DNA of 64,000 bases from Bacteroidales bacterium (GCA_021738565.1 JAIPBT010000005.1:21508-85507), one strand, 5' to 3'. Counted from the first letter of the stretch, positions 9,663 through 20,352 are shown. Notes: generated by a model from the sequence alone, not told the origin. Numbers and translations are program-made.

Positions 9663-12600
9663 ATGTTGCGTCCTGTCAGAATTCTGTGTTTCTTTCTTCT
9701 CTACACTGTGTCCGACCTGAACGGAAGCCCGGAGCGGAAATGGATCTCCATGAATCTGACCAACGAGGATGGCTTGTTCAACAGCGCTATTACTTCCATC
9801 TACCAGGATTCTGAGGGCCTGATGTGGTTTGGTTCCTGGGATGGACTGAATCGTTACGACGGAACCAACATGAAGGTGTTTAAGCCCGACATCCTGGTCG
9901 ATGGTTCCATAAGCAACAACATCATCAGGAACATGCTCGAAGACGGGTCGCGACGATTTTGGGTGGTCACCAACGAGGGAATCAACCGCTTTGAATCAGA
10001 ATCACAAACCTTTGTTTCCTATTTTTCCGACAAGAGGTACATTCCTTTCAAGGAACAGAACCTGAAAGCCTGCCTCGGACCGGGAGACGAGATCATGGTC
10101 TCTCTTTTTCATTTCGGAGTGTACGAATACAACCCCTTAACGGAAGCTTTCACCCTGCTGAAATTACCGGGACTTTCCACAGATGCACAGAAGAGGATCA
10201 TTGGACTGAATTACGGTGCGAATGGTAAGTTGTACCTGTTGTCAGATCTTGGAATACTGTATACCTTCCAGGAAACCGGAGATTACGAACTAACAGGTAC
10301 GGACGTTGTGGATGCTGATCCTGAGGGGTTAAGGGATAGGCACTGGTTTACACGGGGTTCCGAAGACACCTTTCTGTCCGTTGCCAAAGGGTCGGGGGAA
10401 CTATTGATCATCAACCTGAAAACCGGCGAACGCAACCTGGTCAGGAACGAACAGGAGCGTTTATCGGTCACAACGGTTAATGCTGTGCCGGGCACAAATG
10501 ATCTGTGGATAGGCACAGACAACGGTTCCATTTATAACCTCCTGTTCCGTGAAGGTATTCAACTCAAAATCATGAATGACATTCTTCCCGAACCTTATAC
10601 GAATAATGTGAAAATCTGGACCATCAAACAGACGGAAGACGGACTGGTTTGGATCGGCACCGACGGCAACGGCGTCTACAGGTATGCAAAAGGAAAGTCA
10701 TTTCAGAATATCAGGAAAGGAAACCGGGAGGATGGTGCGCTGGGGCACAATATTGTCCGGTCGATTTACAGGGACAAAAAGGACAATCTCTGGATCGGAA
10801 CCCGCGGGGACGGACTGAACCTGCTTCCGGCAGATGGCAGCGGACGGATATCGATGAACATGGAAAACGGGCTGTCCAACAACGCGGTATTGTCACTCAG
10901 GATGGACAATGCAAATAACCTTTGGATTGGTGTGGACGGTGAGGGGATCGACATGCTGGAACGGTCTACCGGGAGGATCTTTCACTTCCCCGGAGATTTC
11001 ATCAACGGGGGCGACCAGGTATTTGGAAATGTATATGCCATCTGCATTGATGTCTTCGGTGGGATTTGGCTGGGAACCAGCGGATACGGAGTTGTCAATA
11101 TCGAAGTTTCCCGGGATCGGTCAGGTAATTACCGGCTGGATAAGTACAACCAGTACCAGTATGATGCCGAAGGCAGCGGGCTACGCAGTGACATCGTGTA
11201 TGCAATTGTGGAAGAGGGTCCCAACATTCTCTGGCTGGGTACACGGGGCGGCGGCCTGCACAGGATGAATACACTGAACAATACCTTTGAAATTTTTGAA
11301 GTCACGGGAAACCACAGGGATGGACTGATCGACAATGATATCCTTTCGCTGTGTCTCACGGAAGATGAAAAGCTTTGCATCGGCAGCAGCAGCGGACTCA
11401 GCATCATGGATCTTTCATTCAGACCTTACCGCTTCACCCACTACACGGAACGAAGCGGGTTACCGAACAATACAGTGCACGGGATCATGCAGGATGCTGA
11501 AGGCAACCTGTGGCTGAGCACCAACCGCGGTTTGTCTGAATTTATTCCATCCACCGGATCGTTTATGAGTTTTAATAAAGCCGACGGATTGCAGAATGCA
11601 GAGTTTACCGACGGCTCCTTTTTCAATGATACAATTAACCATTTGCTCTATTTCGGAGGTACAGAAGGGGTGGACTGGTTTAACCCCGTTGAAATCGAGA
11701 CAGCCAGTCATTTCCCCCAGATCTACCTTAGCGAGTTCAGACTGAATAATACACTGGTGGTAACGGGCGATTCCACCGGCTTGCTCACCAGCAGCCTCAA
11801 TAATACCGACGCAATAACGCTAAAACACAACCAGAATTTTTTCAGTTTCTCCTATACCACCCTGAATTATTTCAATCCCCAGAAGTGCCAGTTCGCATAC
11901 TACCTGGATGGATTCGAAGAGGATTGGAACTATGTAGACAATCAGCGTACCGCCAGCTTTACCAATGTACCGCCGGGGAAATACACATTACGCATCATGG
12001 CGACCAATGAAGACGGAATTTATGGAGATGAAGTGCGTGAAATTGCCATACGGATCCAACAGCCATACTGGAACAGGCTGCCTGCCTACCTCGTTTATAC
12101 CATTCTGCTGGCAGGCCTGACCTGGCTCGTTGTGATGTTCCTGAAACGCAGGGCACAGGAGCGCAGAAACGTAGAAGCACAAAAAATGGAACTGGTAAAA
12201 GCAGAGGAGATCAACCTCTATAAACTTCAGTTCTTTACCAACATTGCGCACGAATTTCGCTCGCCCCTGACCCTGATCCTTGCCCCTGCGGCGGTGCTGG
12301 AAGAAGAACTCGGTGAGAAAAGGTGGATGGGACAATATGCACGATCCATTTTTCAGAATGCCAACAGGATGCAGAAACTGATCAATGAACTGATCGAATT
12401 CCGCAAGGTGGAAACGAAAAATATGAGCCTGAAAGTGGGCAGGCATGAACTGGTTCAATACATTACGAAACTGAAAAACGCATTTGAGTTGCATGCCGGA
12501 ATGAATAACCTGGCACTGATGTTCAAACCCTCCAAACCGGTCATTGAAGCGTGGATCGACCTTGAAAAATTTGAAAAGATCCTGATCAACCTGGTCAGCA

Positions 12601-13796
12601 ATGCAATCAAACACACCCCGCCGGGGGGTGAAGTAACTGTTCTTTTACAGGACAAGGATGACCTTGTTGAGCTGGTGGTACAGGATACCGGAAGCGGAAT
12701 TCCTGCTGAATTCATGGAAAAGATATTCGACCGGTTTTACCATCGCAACAGCAGCAGGGAGAACAGCAGTGAAATTACACAGGAAAGTGGTGGGGTAGGA
12801 TTGTCACTGACCAAGAGCCTGGTTGAGCTCCATAAAGGATCCATTGTGGCGAAGAATCGTCACGGTAGCGGGAGCGAATTTGTTGTGACGATTCCCAACA
12901 GGAGGGAGGTCTACGAAACTGAACTGGTGGAAAACCAGCAACATACCAGCAGTGAAAAAATAGCAGTAAAGGTCGCGGAAGAATTTTATGAACCTATAAC
13001 ATTTGGCAGGGAGGAGGCACAGACAGATGCTTCTGAAAATGTCCGGGCCTATACGGTGCTGGTGGTCGACGACAATGATGAAATTTGCAACCTGGTGGAA
13101 AGTCTGCTGATTGCGTCCTATAACATCATCAAAGCGAATAATAGCAAGGCCGCCCTTGATCTCCTTTCAAGGGAACCTGTCGACCTGGTAATCAGCGATG
13201 TGATCATGCCGGGAATGGATGGACTGGAACTCACACGGTGTATAAAAACCGATATCAATACCAGTCATATCCCGGTCATTCTGCTTACGGCCAGGGCCGA
13301 GCTGGAAGACCGTATTGAAGGCCTGAAAGTCGGCGCAGATGCATACATTCCCAAACCGTTCAATCCACGCCACCTGAAGGTCAGAACTGAAAAACTGATC
13401 GCCAACATTGAGCGTTTACGCAGGGCATTTAAAGAATACAATGACTCTCCGGGCGGGGAGGAACTGCTCAAGGGCCTTTCGGAAGGGGACCGTAAACTTA
13501 TCACCAACCTGATTGAATTCATCGAAGACAATATGCTTAATTCCGCGCTCTGTGCCGATCATCTGACCGACCACATGGCCATGAGCAAAACACAGCTGTA
13601 CAGGAAAATCAAGGCGCTTACCGGACAAACACCCCACGGGCTCATAAAGTATCTGAGAATAAAAAAAGCTGCTGCCGAATTGAAAAAGAAAGAAAAAACA
13701 GTTTCGGAAATTTATTATGAGACAGGATTTAACAACCGCTCATATTTCTACAGGTCATTTAAGGAAGCTTACGGCGTATCTCCGGGAGAATATTGA
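9663..13796 (+). CDS. Hybrid two-component system sensor kinase/response regulator with AraC-type HTH (HTCS)
   Basis: 1377 aa. Repeated periplasmic propeller motifs (WFGSWDGLNRYDG, WIGTDGNGVYRY, WIGTRGDGLNLL, WLGTRGGGLHRM). TM segment LPAYLVYTILLAGLTWLVVMFL. H-box FFTNIAHEFRSPLTLI. ATPase block DTGSGIP...GGVGLSL. Receiver VLVVDDNDE...DVIMPGMDG...PKPF. AraC tail NRSYFYRSFKEAYGVSPGEY. Confidence 0.9.
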   Translation: MLRPVRILCFFLLYTVSDLNGSPERKWISMNLTNEDGLFNSAITSIYQDSEGLMWFGSWDGLNRYDGTNMKVFKPDILVDGSISNNIIRNMLEDGSRRFWVVTNEGINRFESESQTFVSYFSDKRYIPFKEQNLKACLGPGDEIMVSLFHFGVYEYNPLTEAFTLLKLPGLSTDAQKRIIGLNYGANGKLYLLSDLGILYTFQETGDYELTGTDVVDADPEGLRDRHWFTRGSEDTFLSVAKGSGELLIINLKTGERNLVRNEQERLSVTTVNAVPGTNDLWIGTDNGSIYNLLFREGIQLKIMNDILPEPYTNNVKIWTIKQTEDGLVWIGTDGNGVYRYAKGKSFQNIRKGNREDGALGHNIVRSIYRDKKDNLWIGTRGDGLNLLPADGSGRISMNMENGLSNNAVLSLRMDNANNLWIGVDGEGIDMLERSTGRIFHFPGDFINGGDQVFGNVYAICIDVFGGIWLGTSGYGVVNIEVSRDRSGNYRLDKYNQYQYDAEGSGLRSDIVYAIVEEGPNILWLGTRGGGLHRMNTLNNTFEIFEVTGNHRDGLIDNDILSLCLTEDEKLCIGSSSGLSIMDLSFRPYRFTHYTERSGLPNNTVHGIMQDAEGNLWLSTNRGLSEFIPSTGSFMSFNKADGLQNAEFTDGSFFNDTINHLLYFGGTEGVDWFNPVEIETASHFPQIYLSEFRLNNTLVVTGDSTGLLTSSLNNTDAITLKHNQNFFSFSYTTLNYFNPQKCQFAYYLDGFEEDWNYVDNQRTASFTNVPPGKYTLRIMATNEDGIYGDEVREIAIRIQQPYWNRLPAYLVYTILLAGLTWLVVMFLKRRAQERRNVEAQKMELVKAEEINLYKLQFFTNIAHEFRSPLTLILAPAAVLEEELGEKRWMGQYARSIFQNANRMQKLINELIEFRKVETKNMSLKVGRHELVQYITKLKNAFELHAGMNNLALMFKPSKPVIEAWIDLEKFEKILINLVSNAIKHTPPGGEVTVLLQDKDDLVELVVQDTGSGIPAEFMEKIFDRFYHRNSSRENSSEITQESGGVGLSLTKSLVELHKGSIVAKNRHGSGSEFVVTIPNRREVYETELVENQQHTSSEKIAVKVAEEFYEPITFGREEAQTDASENVRAYTVLVVDDNDEICNLVESLLIASYNIIKANNSKAALDLLSREPVDLVISDVIMPGMDGLELTRCIKTDINTSHIPVILLTARAELEDRIEGLKVGADAYIPKPFNPRHLKVRTEKLIANIERLRRAFKEYNDSPGGEELLKGLSEGDRKLITNLIEFIEDNMLNSALCADHLTDHMAMSKTQLYRKIKALTGQTPHGLIKYLRIKKAAAELKKKEKTVSEIYYETGFNNRSYFYRSFKEAYGVSPGEY

Positions 13797-13820
13797 GATG
13801 AAGATGTTAATCCTATTCAA

Positions 13821-13905
13821 AAATGACTGTTTTGAAGGCAGGTAAAACGCAGCTATTGTTTTTAGCTTCGCTGAGCTCGTAAACCTGGTTCTTGCAAGTA
13901 CTATT
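13821..13905. repeat. Dispersed repeat family C, copy 1 (second copy 41887-41946)
   Basis: aaatgactgttttgaaggc...aacgcagctattg...ttcttgcaagYactaWtt is shared with 41887-41946. Copy 1 carries about 30 extra nt (ttagcttcgctgagctcgtaaacctgg). Confidence 0.6.
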
Positions 13906-14164
13906 TCATTTCAGAAAGCTTCTCATTGATCACCAATTTCAGTTTCCTGAGCTCCTCAGGCGAATATTCCGGGATCTTGCTGAATGAAATTCCCTTTTCA
14001 AGAAAAACACTCTGTTTTTCATAGCTTGAGCAGGCACCGCACATCATCTTGTGCATTTTCAACTGTACTCTTTCCTTTGTTGAAAGTTGAAAATGCATCT
14101 TTTTTTCTATAAGCTCCGTTGCTTTTAGACAAGATAGAAACAGCCTGTGCATGATCTTTTTCAT
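13901..14164 (-). CDS. Small putative anti-sigma factor (HxxxCxxC zinc motif)
   Basis: Lies directly downstream of the ECF sigma gene. Contains HKMMCGAC, which fits H-x3-C-x2-C. The listed ORF starts at 14197 inside the sigma gene, so I chose the internal Met (MKKIMHRLF) at 14164. No TM segment is obvious. Confidence 0.5.
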   Translation of the reverse strand: MKKIMHRLFLSCLKATELIEKKMHFQLSTKERVQLKMHKMMCGACSSYEKQSVFLEKGISFSKIPEYSPEELRKLKLVINEKLSEMK

Positions 14165-14171
14165 AAACCCT

Positions 14172-14729
14172 TTAATTAAACCAGTTTTCTTCAACACAGT
14201 TTCTTAATTGCAGCTTCGCCCTGTGAACGATCTGCCAAAAATTAGTAGGACTGATGTCCAGTTCCTGACAAATTTCATCTCCATTTTTATTCATCAGGTA
14301 TTTCAGCTTCACGCAGGTATTCCATTTATCAGGAAGCGCTTCCAGGCATTTTTTTAAAACGCCCTGAAATTCAAAATCATCCAGCAAATGGACCTCTTCA
14401 TCCTCATTCCAGTTGCGTGGTTTGCTTTCCTTTTTCCAGTCTCCCCCTTCATCAAAAAAGGTTGAAAAAACCTGGTTCTCTTCCTTCACAGGTTGCCTGA
14501 CCTTTTTCTTGTAATGGTCAATAATTTTGTGATTAAGAATTGAAAAAAGCCAGGTTTTAGGGGTGCTGTCGCCTTTAAATCCCCCGATCTTTTCTGCCGC
14601 TGCAAGAAAAGTATCCTGTACAAGGTCGCTGGCCAGCTCTGAATCCGACACTTTATGTAGTGCCCAGGAATAGAGGATTTCGGTGTAATCACTGACCCAT
14701 TCAGATAAGTTATAAGTTTTATTCTCCAT
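14172..14729 (-). CDS. ECF-type RNA polymerase sigma-70 factor
   Basis: 185 aa. Region 2 like DLVQDTFLAAAEKIGGFKGDSTPKTWLFSILNHKIIDHYKK. Region 4 like DISPTNFWQIVHRAKLQLRNCVE. Confidence 0.85.
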   Translation of the reverse strand: MENKTYNLSEWVSDYTEILYSWALHKVSDSELASDLVQDTFLAAAEKIGGFKGDSTPKTWLFSILNHKIIDHYKKKVRQPVKEENQVFSTFFDEGGDWKKESKPRNWNEDEEVHLLDDFEFQGVLKKCLEALPDKWNTCVKLKYLMNKNGDEICQELDISPTNFWQIVHRAKLQLRNCVEENWFN

Positions 14730-14985
14730 TCAATCAGTATGCTAATTTATGGTTTGCTTCTCGTTTCACTGCCTTCAAAAATAAGCAGTTGTAACAAGAA
14801 TGTAACAAATATTTGATTATAATGACTCGGAATTAATAAACACGATGCTTAAAGAAGGCGCTTTCCGGGGCATTGGTATAGGGATTGACAGTAATTCCTG
14901 ATTCGTAATTCCCAATTCGTAATTCAAAAAACGTATCTTGCTTAAATATAATCAACCAGCTAATCATCTAAACAGTTAATCTATC

Positions 14986-16479
14986 ATGAAAATCTTTCAA
15001 TTCTTATTTATTGCCTTGCTTATCAGTGTTGTTTCATGTAATACCGGAAAAAAAAGGGGTGAAGGGACAAGTGAATCAAGTGGTCCGATATCGCTGCATC
15101 CGGTAAATCCCCATTATTTCCAGTACAAGGGCAACACCCTTGCCCTTGTGACCTCTGCCGAGCATTATGGTGCAGTGCTCAACCTCGATTTTGATTACAG
15201 GAAATACCTGGAAACCCTGGCCGGCGAAGGGATGAATTATACCAGGATCTTCACCGGTGTATATTTTGAAATATATGGAGAGAGCTTTGGCATCCGGAAG
15301 AATACGCTTGCCCCGAAGAAGGGGAGGGTGATCACTCCATGGATGTCGTGGGAAGAGAACGGGAAAGCGGTGTACGATCTGGTAAAATGGAATGGGGCCT
15401 ATTTTGAAAGGCTGAAGGATTTTATGGCCCTGGCACAGGAGAAGGACATCATCGTGGAGGTCACCCTGTTTTCTTCTATTTACAGGGATGAACACTGGGA
15501 CCTTTCACCGCAGAACCCGGCAAACAACGTGAATATGGACGTGCCAATATCGAGGTTTGATGCACAGACGGATAAGAGCGGTGAACTTTTTAACTACCAG
15601 GAGCTGTTTGTACGAAAAATGGTCGGCGAACTGAATCCGTTTGACAATTTCTTCTTTGAGATTCAGAACGAACCATGGTCCGACCATGCAGTGCCGGTGT
15701 ATAACATCGTTAACAAGGAGGACCTTGTAAAAAACGACTGGCAGAACAAGGCCGATTTTGCAGATGAGGGGGCCATGGCCTGGCAGGAGAAGATCGCGGC
15801 AGTGATTGAAGATGAGGAAGGTAAATTGCCGAAAAAGCACCTGATCGCGCAGAATTATGTAAATTTCAGGGCATCAATTCCCGAAGTTAAGGACAATATT
15901 TCCATCATCAATTTTCACTATGCCTGGCCCGAGGCAGTTGAGTGGAATTACCATTACAACCGGGTGCTTGGATTCGATGAATCCGGTTTTGCAGGTTCGG
16001 GCGACAAGGTCTACAGGCGGCAGGCCTGGCAGTTCATGTTGAGCGGCGGCGGACTGTTCAACAACCTTGATTATTCCTTTTTCCCGGGCTTTGAAGACGG
16101 AACAGGACAGAACAATGCACCGGGAGGGGGAAGTCCTGCCCTTCGGAAACAACTGAAGCACCTGAGTGATTTTCTGCACAGTTTTGAACTGGAAAAGCTT
16201 TATCCTGATTACAATTGTATTGTCAGCGCACCCGGATTGATACCTTATGCACTTTCAGATCCCGGCAATGTGTATGCAATTTTCCTGCGGGCCACTGGAA
16301 CGGAGAAATCCCGGATGAATATTAACACGGGGGAAGGCGTCTTCAAAGTAACATTCCTGAACACGGTCACCGGGAAGTATTCCGATCCGGATACCGCGAT
16401 GGTTAAAGACGGTATCCTCTCACTGGATATTGACATTCCCGACGGGGAACTGGCGGTAAAAATAGAAAGGACTTCCTGA
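14986..16479 (+). CDS. Exported clan GH-A (GH5-like) glycoside hydrolase, lipoprotein
   Basis: 497 aa. Signal with Cys (LLISVVSC). FFFEIQNEPW resembles the acid/base NEP motif of TIM-barrel GH-A enzymes. Confidence 0.6.
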   Translation: MKIFQFLFIALLISVVSCNTGKKRGEGTSESSGPISLHPVNPHYFQYKGNTLALVTSAEHYGAVLNLDFDYRKYLETLAGEGMNYTRIFTGVYFEIYGESFGIRKNTLAPKKGRVITPWMSWEENGKAVYDLVKWNGAYFERLKDFMALAQEKDIIVEVTLFSSIYRDEHWDLSPQNPANNVNMDVPISRFDAQTDKSGELFNYQELFVRKMVGELNPFDNFFFEIQNEPWSDHAVPVYNIVNKEDLVKNDWQNKADFADEGAMAWQEKIAAVIEDEEGKLPKKHLIAQNYVNFRASIPEVKDNISIINFHYAWPEAVEWNYHYNRVLGFDESGFAGSGDKVYRRQAWQFMLSGGGLFNNLDYSFFPGFEDGTGQNNAPGGGSPALRKQLKHLSDFLHSFELEKLYPDYNCIVSAPGLIPYALSDPGNVYAIFLRATGTEKSRMNINTGEGVFKVTFLNTVTGKYSDPDTAMVKDGILSLDIDIPDGELAVKIERTS

Positions 16480-16617
16480 TCTGACTGAAATTGACCGGTT
16501 CATCAATTAACAATTCTGGTTCTCATTGGTATTCAGATGAAATATCAATATCAATAATATTTCCAAAACTAATGATCAGGAGCAAACAGGTATTGGATGC
16601 TTGCCTGATATTATATC

Positions 16618-17400
16618 GTGAGAAATTATTGTAAAGCAATAATGATATATAGAAAAATCTTAAGCACATTGGTTTACTTTATCCTTGCAGGCCATATTAT
16701 TGTGGCAATGTCTTACGGATTTAGGCTATACATGTATGACAGGTATATTCGCAGTTATGAGCCAACATCTTCATCAGTAGAAGATTCTAAACATACCTCT
16801 CATAGAACTTTTAAATACTGGTTTTTGGATTACAGGCTTAGCTACAGTTATTCAATGGATTCTCTTTACAGGGAGAAAGAAACATTTGTTTTAAGTTCAG
16901 ATATAGCAGAGTTGATTCCGAAATATATAGATGATAATAAATTCAGTATTAAGCTCAGAAACAAAAAGACTGGAAAGACAGAAAATTATTGGTTAGAATC
17001 CTCGTCAATGTTCATACCATTGGATGATTCACATGAACATAAATTGCATCACATACTCTCATTTATTACTATATCAATTATTTTTTATTCATTCTTCATA
17101 TTCTACATGATCCTGAAAATCATTAGAAGTTTAAAAAGAGGGACACCATTCACAAGAATTAATGTTAATCGATTCCTTATAATTGGATTAATGGTAACTA
17201 TTTTACCGCTGTTTTTTGCAGTTATTGACATATCTTTTATAAGGATGATAAGTGGAGCATGGATCTTTGAAGACTACTGGATTTTTCCAACTATTGATTT
17301 CAACCTGGAATTATTATTGGGAGGTATCCTCTTAATCTTTATCGCAGAGATTATAAGAAATGGTGTTAAAATACAGGAAGAACAAGAATTAACAATATAA
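16618..17400 (+). CDS. DUF2975-like multi-pass membrane protein
   Basis: 260 aa with several hydrophobic helices. The stop overlaps the start of the YozG-like HTH gene (TAATG at 17398-17402), the usual pairing for this family. The listed GTG start is uncertain; an ATG at 16642 is possible. Confidence 0.6.
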   Translation: MRNYCKAIMIYRKILSTLVYFILAGHIIVAMSYGFRLYMYDRYIRSYEPTSSSVEDSKHTSHRTFKYWFLDYRLSYSYSMDSLYREKETFVLSSDIAELIPKYIDDNKFSIKLRNKKTGKTENYWLESSSMFIPLDDSHEHKLHHILSFITISIIFYSFFIFYMILKIIRSLKRGTPFTRINVNRFLIIGLMVTILPLFFAVIDISFIRMISGAWIFEDYWIFPTIDFNLELLLGGILLIFIAEIIRNGVKIQEEQELTI

Positions 17401-17630
17401 TGGCGATAAAAGTAAATCTTGATTTGGAGATGGTTAAGAGAAAGGTCTCATTAACCGAACTATCTGAAAAAGTTGGAATTACAATGGCAAACCTATCCAT
17501 ACTTAAGAGCAATAAAGCAAAGGCCATTCGATTTACTACTTTAAATGATATTTGTGAAGTATTGGGTTGTCAACCAGGAGATATACTAGAATATGTTCCC
17601 GGGGAAAGTCCCAATAGCTTAAATGAGTAG
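17400..17630 (+). CDS. Small XRE/Cro-type HTH transcriptional regulator (YozG-like)
   Basis: 76 aa. MAIKVNLDLEMVKRKVSLTELSEKVGITMANLSILKSNKAKAIRFTTLNDICEVLGCQPGDILEY is a typical YozG-like HTH. Confidence 0.8.
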   Translation: MAIKVNLDLEMVKRKVSLTELSEKVGITMANLSILKSNKAKAIRFTTLNDICEVLGCQPGDILEYVPGESPNSLNE

Positions 17631-17804
17631 AAATATCCTTGTATAAATCATAATACACACAATAATAGTGACATACGTTCAAATAAGCTTACTCCCTGGA
17701 TAAAGTCTTTTTCAGCAGACCTTATGTAATGACATATATGACATGAAAATTTGAGAAGGTTATTCAGAAAATGTCAAAGCAGCAGCACAAGAAGAGAGAT
17801 CTCA

Positions 17805-18695
17805 CTATTCATTCAATAAGATCATTCTGCCGTCTTTTGTTATTTCGAATTTCTCCAGAATAACAACATTATTTTTTAAAATGAAGGGTAAATGAATGAA
17901 ATAGCGAACCTTTTCACCATTTAGAGTTGCGGGTCCCCATGGTCCGGGTAACTCTTTTAAAGCCTCAATGAATAACTCGTTTACTGAAGGCAGGCTTCCG
18001 CTAATGATTTTTATTCCCTCCAATGTTCCCGTTTCCATTACTACTGCTCCAAGAATTACTTCATCCTGGATACCACCACGGAACGGTAATTTTTCGCCGG
18101 AAATCCGGTCTGCCATGAAATTTTCAATCCCGTCATTCCCGGTAGGGTAAGTGGGGCCGGTGTGGGTACTGTAGAAGATATTGTCAATGTATGCCGTACC
18201 ATCAGGATACCAGTTTTTATTCGATTGAAGCATGTTTTCCTTATACATGGATTCAGACTTTTTATTGCCATTCAGATAGTATTCAGTCACCAACCCTTCA
18301 TAGTGAAGAGGTATCAGTTGGGAACAATTCGCAGTCATTGATAGCTGATCATTATAAAATTCCTTCACATTATATATGCCGTTACCAGGATTTTCTACTA
18401 TACGCTTACTTTTCCCGGGAACAGGAGAACTCCCTTTGCGCCGGATAATTTGCACCTCTTCGTTCTTAATACAAATTTTTTCCGAGCTCATTAACAGCCA
18501 TTCGTTATTTTTCAATCTTGCATGGGAGATAATTTTATACCTGTTTCCAATTCCTTTGTCTACAGATTTCATTACATATGCATCGGCCTCTTGTTCATTC
18601 AATTTCCCGTTTGCTCCATAATAATAGGTGCCTTCCTGAGACCTGGCCTGAATTGAAATGAACAGCACGATTAAAATCAGCAAAGGATTTTTCAT
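17805..18695 (-). CDS. Secreted protein with YwqK/MORN-like repeats and TonB-C-like C-terminal domain
   Basis: 296 aa with a signal peptide. YYLNGNKKSESMYKENMLQSNKNWYPDGT looks like a MORN-variant repeat. The C-terminal block ILGAVVMETGTLEGIKIISGS...PATLNGEKVRYFIHLPF looks like a TonB C-terminal fold. Confidence 0.55.
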   Translation of the reverse strand: MKNPLLILIVLFISIQARSQEGTYYYGANGKLNEQEADAYVMKSVDKGIGNRYKIISHARLKNNEWLLMSSEKICIKNEEVQIIRRKGSSPVPGKSKRIVENPGNGIYNVKEFYNDQLSMTANCSQLIPLHYEGLVTEYYLNGNKKSESMYKENMLQSNKNWYPDGTAYIDNIFYSTHTGPTYPTGNDGIENFMADRISGEKLPFRGGIQDEVILGAVVMETGTLEGIKIISGSLPSVNELFIEALKELPGPWGPATLNGEKVRYFIHLPFILKNNVVILEKFEITKDGRMILLNE

Positions 18696-19005
18696 TGTAT
18701 ATAGGGTTAATTATTTGAATAAAAATGATATACCCCCTTAATTTAATCCTGATATTTTTGGAACATGGCTTTTACTGAAAGGGTGTTTAACCCAAATATA
18801 AGGCGTAATTCTTTAACTATTATCAGAATTATTGCATTTTTTGCAGCAATGCAGCTATCGGACTTTATGGACAGACACCAGATAGTACGTCTGCAGTACA
18901 ACAAAGTAACTTCATAAAAATCTTTATCTCTTTACTGTTACTCATTAAATCCCGATAATCCATTTTAATCAGGAAATTGTTTTCTTTACGGCAAGAAAAA
19001 CTGAA

Positions 19006-20352
19006 GTGATGAGAAATTCTGTAATAAAGTTTTCCCCTGTAAAAAAGCGGACAATGATACTTGCTTTTTTAAGTATGCTTTTCCTGTTTTCTGTCTCCTG
19101 CACAGCTCAGGAAAATAAAGATCAAAGTAGCTGGCCGCAATGGATGGGAAAGAGCCGTCAGGGCATTTGGCACCTCGACCTGCAAAAGGAGTCGCTCGAC
19201 TCAGCCGATCTGGTAAAACAGTGGGAGGCGCCAGTCGGAACAGGCTATTCAGGGCCCACCGTTTCAGGGGGGAAAGTCTATCTCATGGACTATGCAGGTG
19301 ATCACACCAAATATGAACGTGTTCTCTGCTTTGATGCCTCAACAGGAGAACAACTGTGGGCTCATCAATATGAATGTACCTACAGTGTTGGCTATCCTAC
19401 AGGTCCGCGTACTTCCGTGCTTATCGATAACGAAAAGGCCTACTCCCTCGGAACCATGGGTGATCTATACTGCCTGGATGCAAATTCCGGGAAGGTGCTC
19501 TGGCATATCAACGGCGCTGAAGAATACCGGATCAATATCCCGATTTGGGGACTCGCCTCTTCACCGCTCATTGAGAATGATCTGCTGATCGTTCAGCTGG
19601 GAGGAACTCCTGATGCCTGTATTGTGGCGTTTGAGAAGCATTCGGGGAAAGAGGTCTGGATAGCACTTTCAGATAAGGCATCCTACTCTTCACCTATTGT
19701 GGTTGACCAGGCCGGGAAACGGGTACTGGTATGTTGGACCGGTAATCACCTGGTGGGAATGGTTCCTGAAAGCGGAGAGGTATACTGGAAAATTCCCTAC
19801 GAAAGAAGAAAAGAGGTCATCAATATTGCCATGCCGGTAGTATCCGGACCTTATATTTTCCTGAGTAGTTTTTATGATGGATCCATGCTGATAAAACTGA
19901 ATGAAACAGAGCAAGCAGCCAAACTTGTCTGGAAACGTATGGGTGAAAGCGAACGAAAAACCGATGCCCTCCACAGCATCATCTCCACACCGGTGATACA
20001 AGGAGAATATGTTTACGGAATAGACAGTTACGGCGAATTCCGGTGCCTTGATCTTGAGAGTGGCGATCGCATCTGGACCGACAGTACGCTGGTTCCATAC
20101 GGACGTTGGTCAAACGCACATCTTATTCAGCAAGGGGATAAAATATGGGGGTTCAATGAACTTGGAGAACTCATTCTCGGAAAGGTTTCCCCTGAAGGCT
20201 TTTCTGACCTGGGCAGGGTGCAGTTGATAAAGCCGGTAAGGGTTTCTCCAAATCCCAGGGGAGGAGTCAACTGGGCCCATCCAGCCTTTAGTGGAAGGCG
20301 TATTTATGCCCGAAGCGATGCCTTGTTGGTCTGTTATGAATTGAAACGGTAA
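19006..20352 (+). CDS. PQQ-like (BamB-type) beta-propeller repeat protein, exported
   Basis: 448 aa. Signal/lipobox FLFSVSC. Repeated propeller strands: GKVYLMD, LCFDASTGEQLW, LYCLDANSGKVLW, CLDLESGDRIW. Confidence 0.7.
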   Translation: MMRNSVIKFSPVKKRTMILAFLSMLFLFSVSCTAQENKDQSSWPQWMGKSRQGIWHLDLQKESLDSADLVKQWEAPVGTGYSGPTVSGGKVYLMDYAGDHTKYERVLCFDASTGEQLWAHQYECTYSVGYPTGPRTSVLIDNEKAYSLGTMGDLYCLDANSGKVLWHINGAEEYRINIPIWGLASSPLIENDLLIVQLGGTPDACIVAFEKHSGKEVWIALSDKASYSSPIVVDQAGKRVLVCWTGNHLVGMVPESGEVYWKIPYERRKEVINIAMPVVSGPYIFLSSFYDGSMLIKLNETEQAAKLVWKRMGESERKTDALHSIISTPVIQGEYVYGIDSYGEFRCLDLESGDRIWTDSTLVPYGRWSNAHLIQQGDKIWGFNELGELILGKVSPEGFSDLGRVQLIKPVRVSPNPRGGVNWAHPAFSGRRIYARSDALLVCYELKR

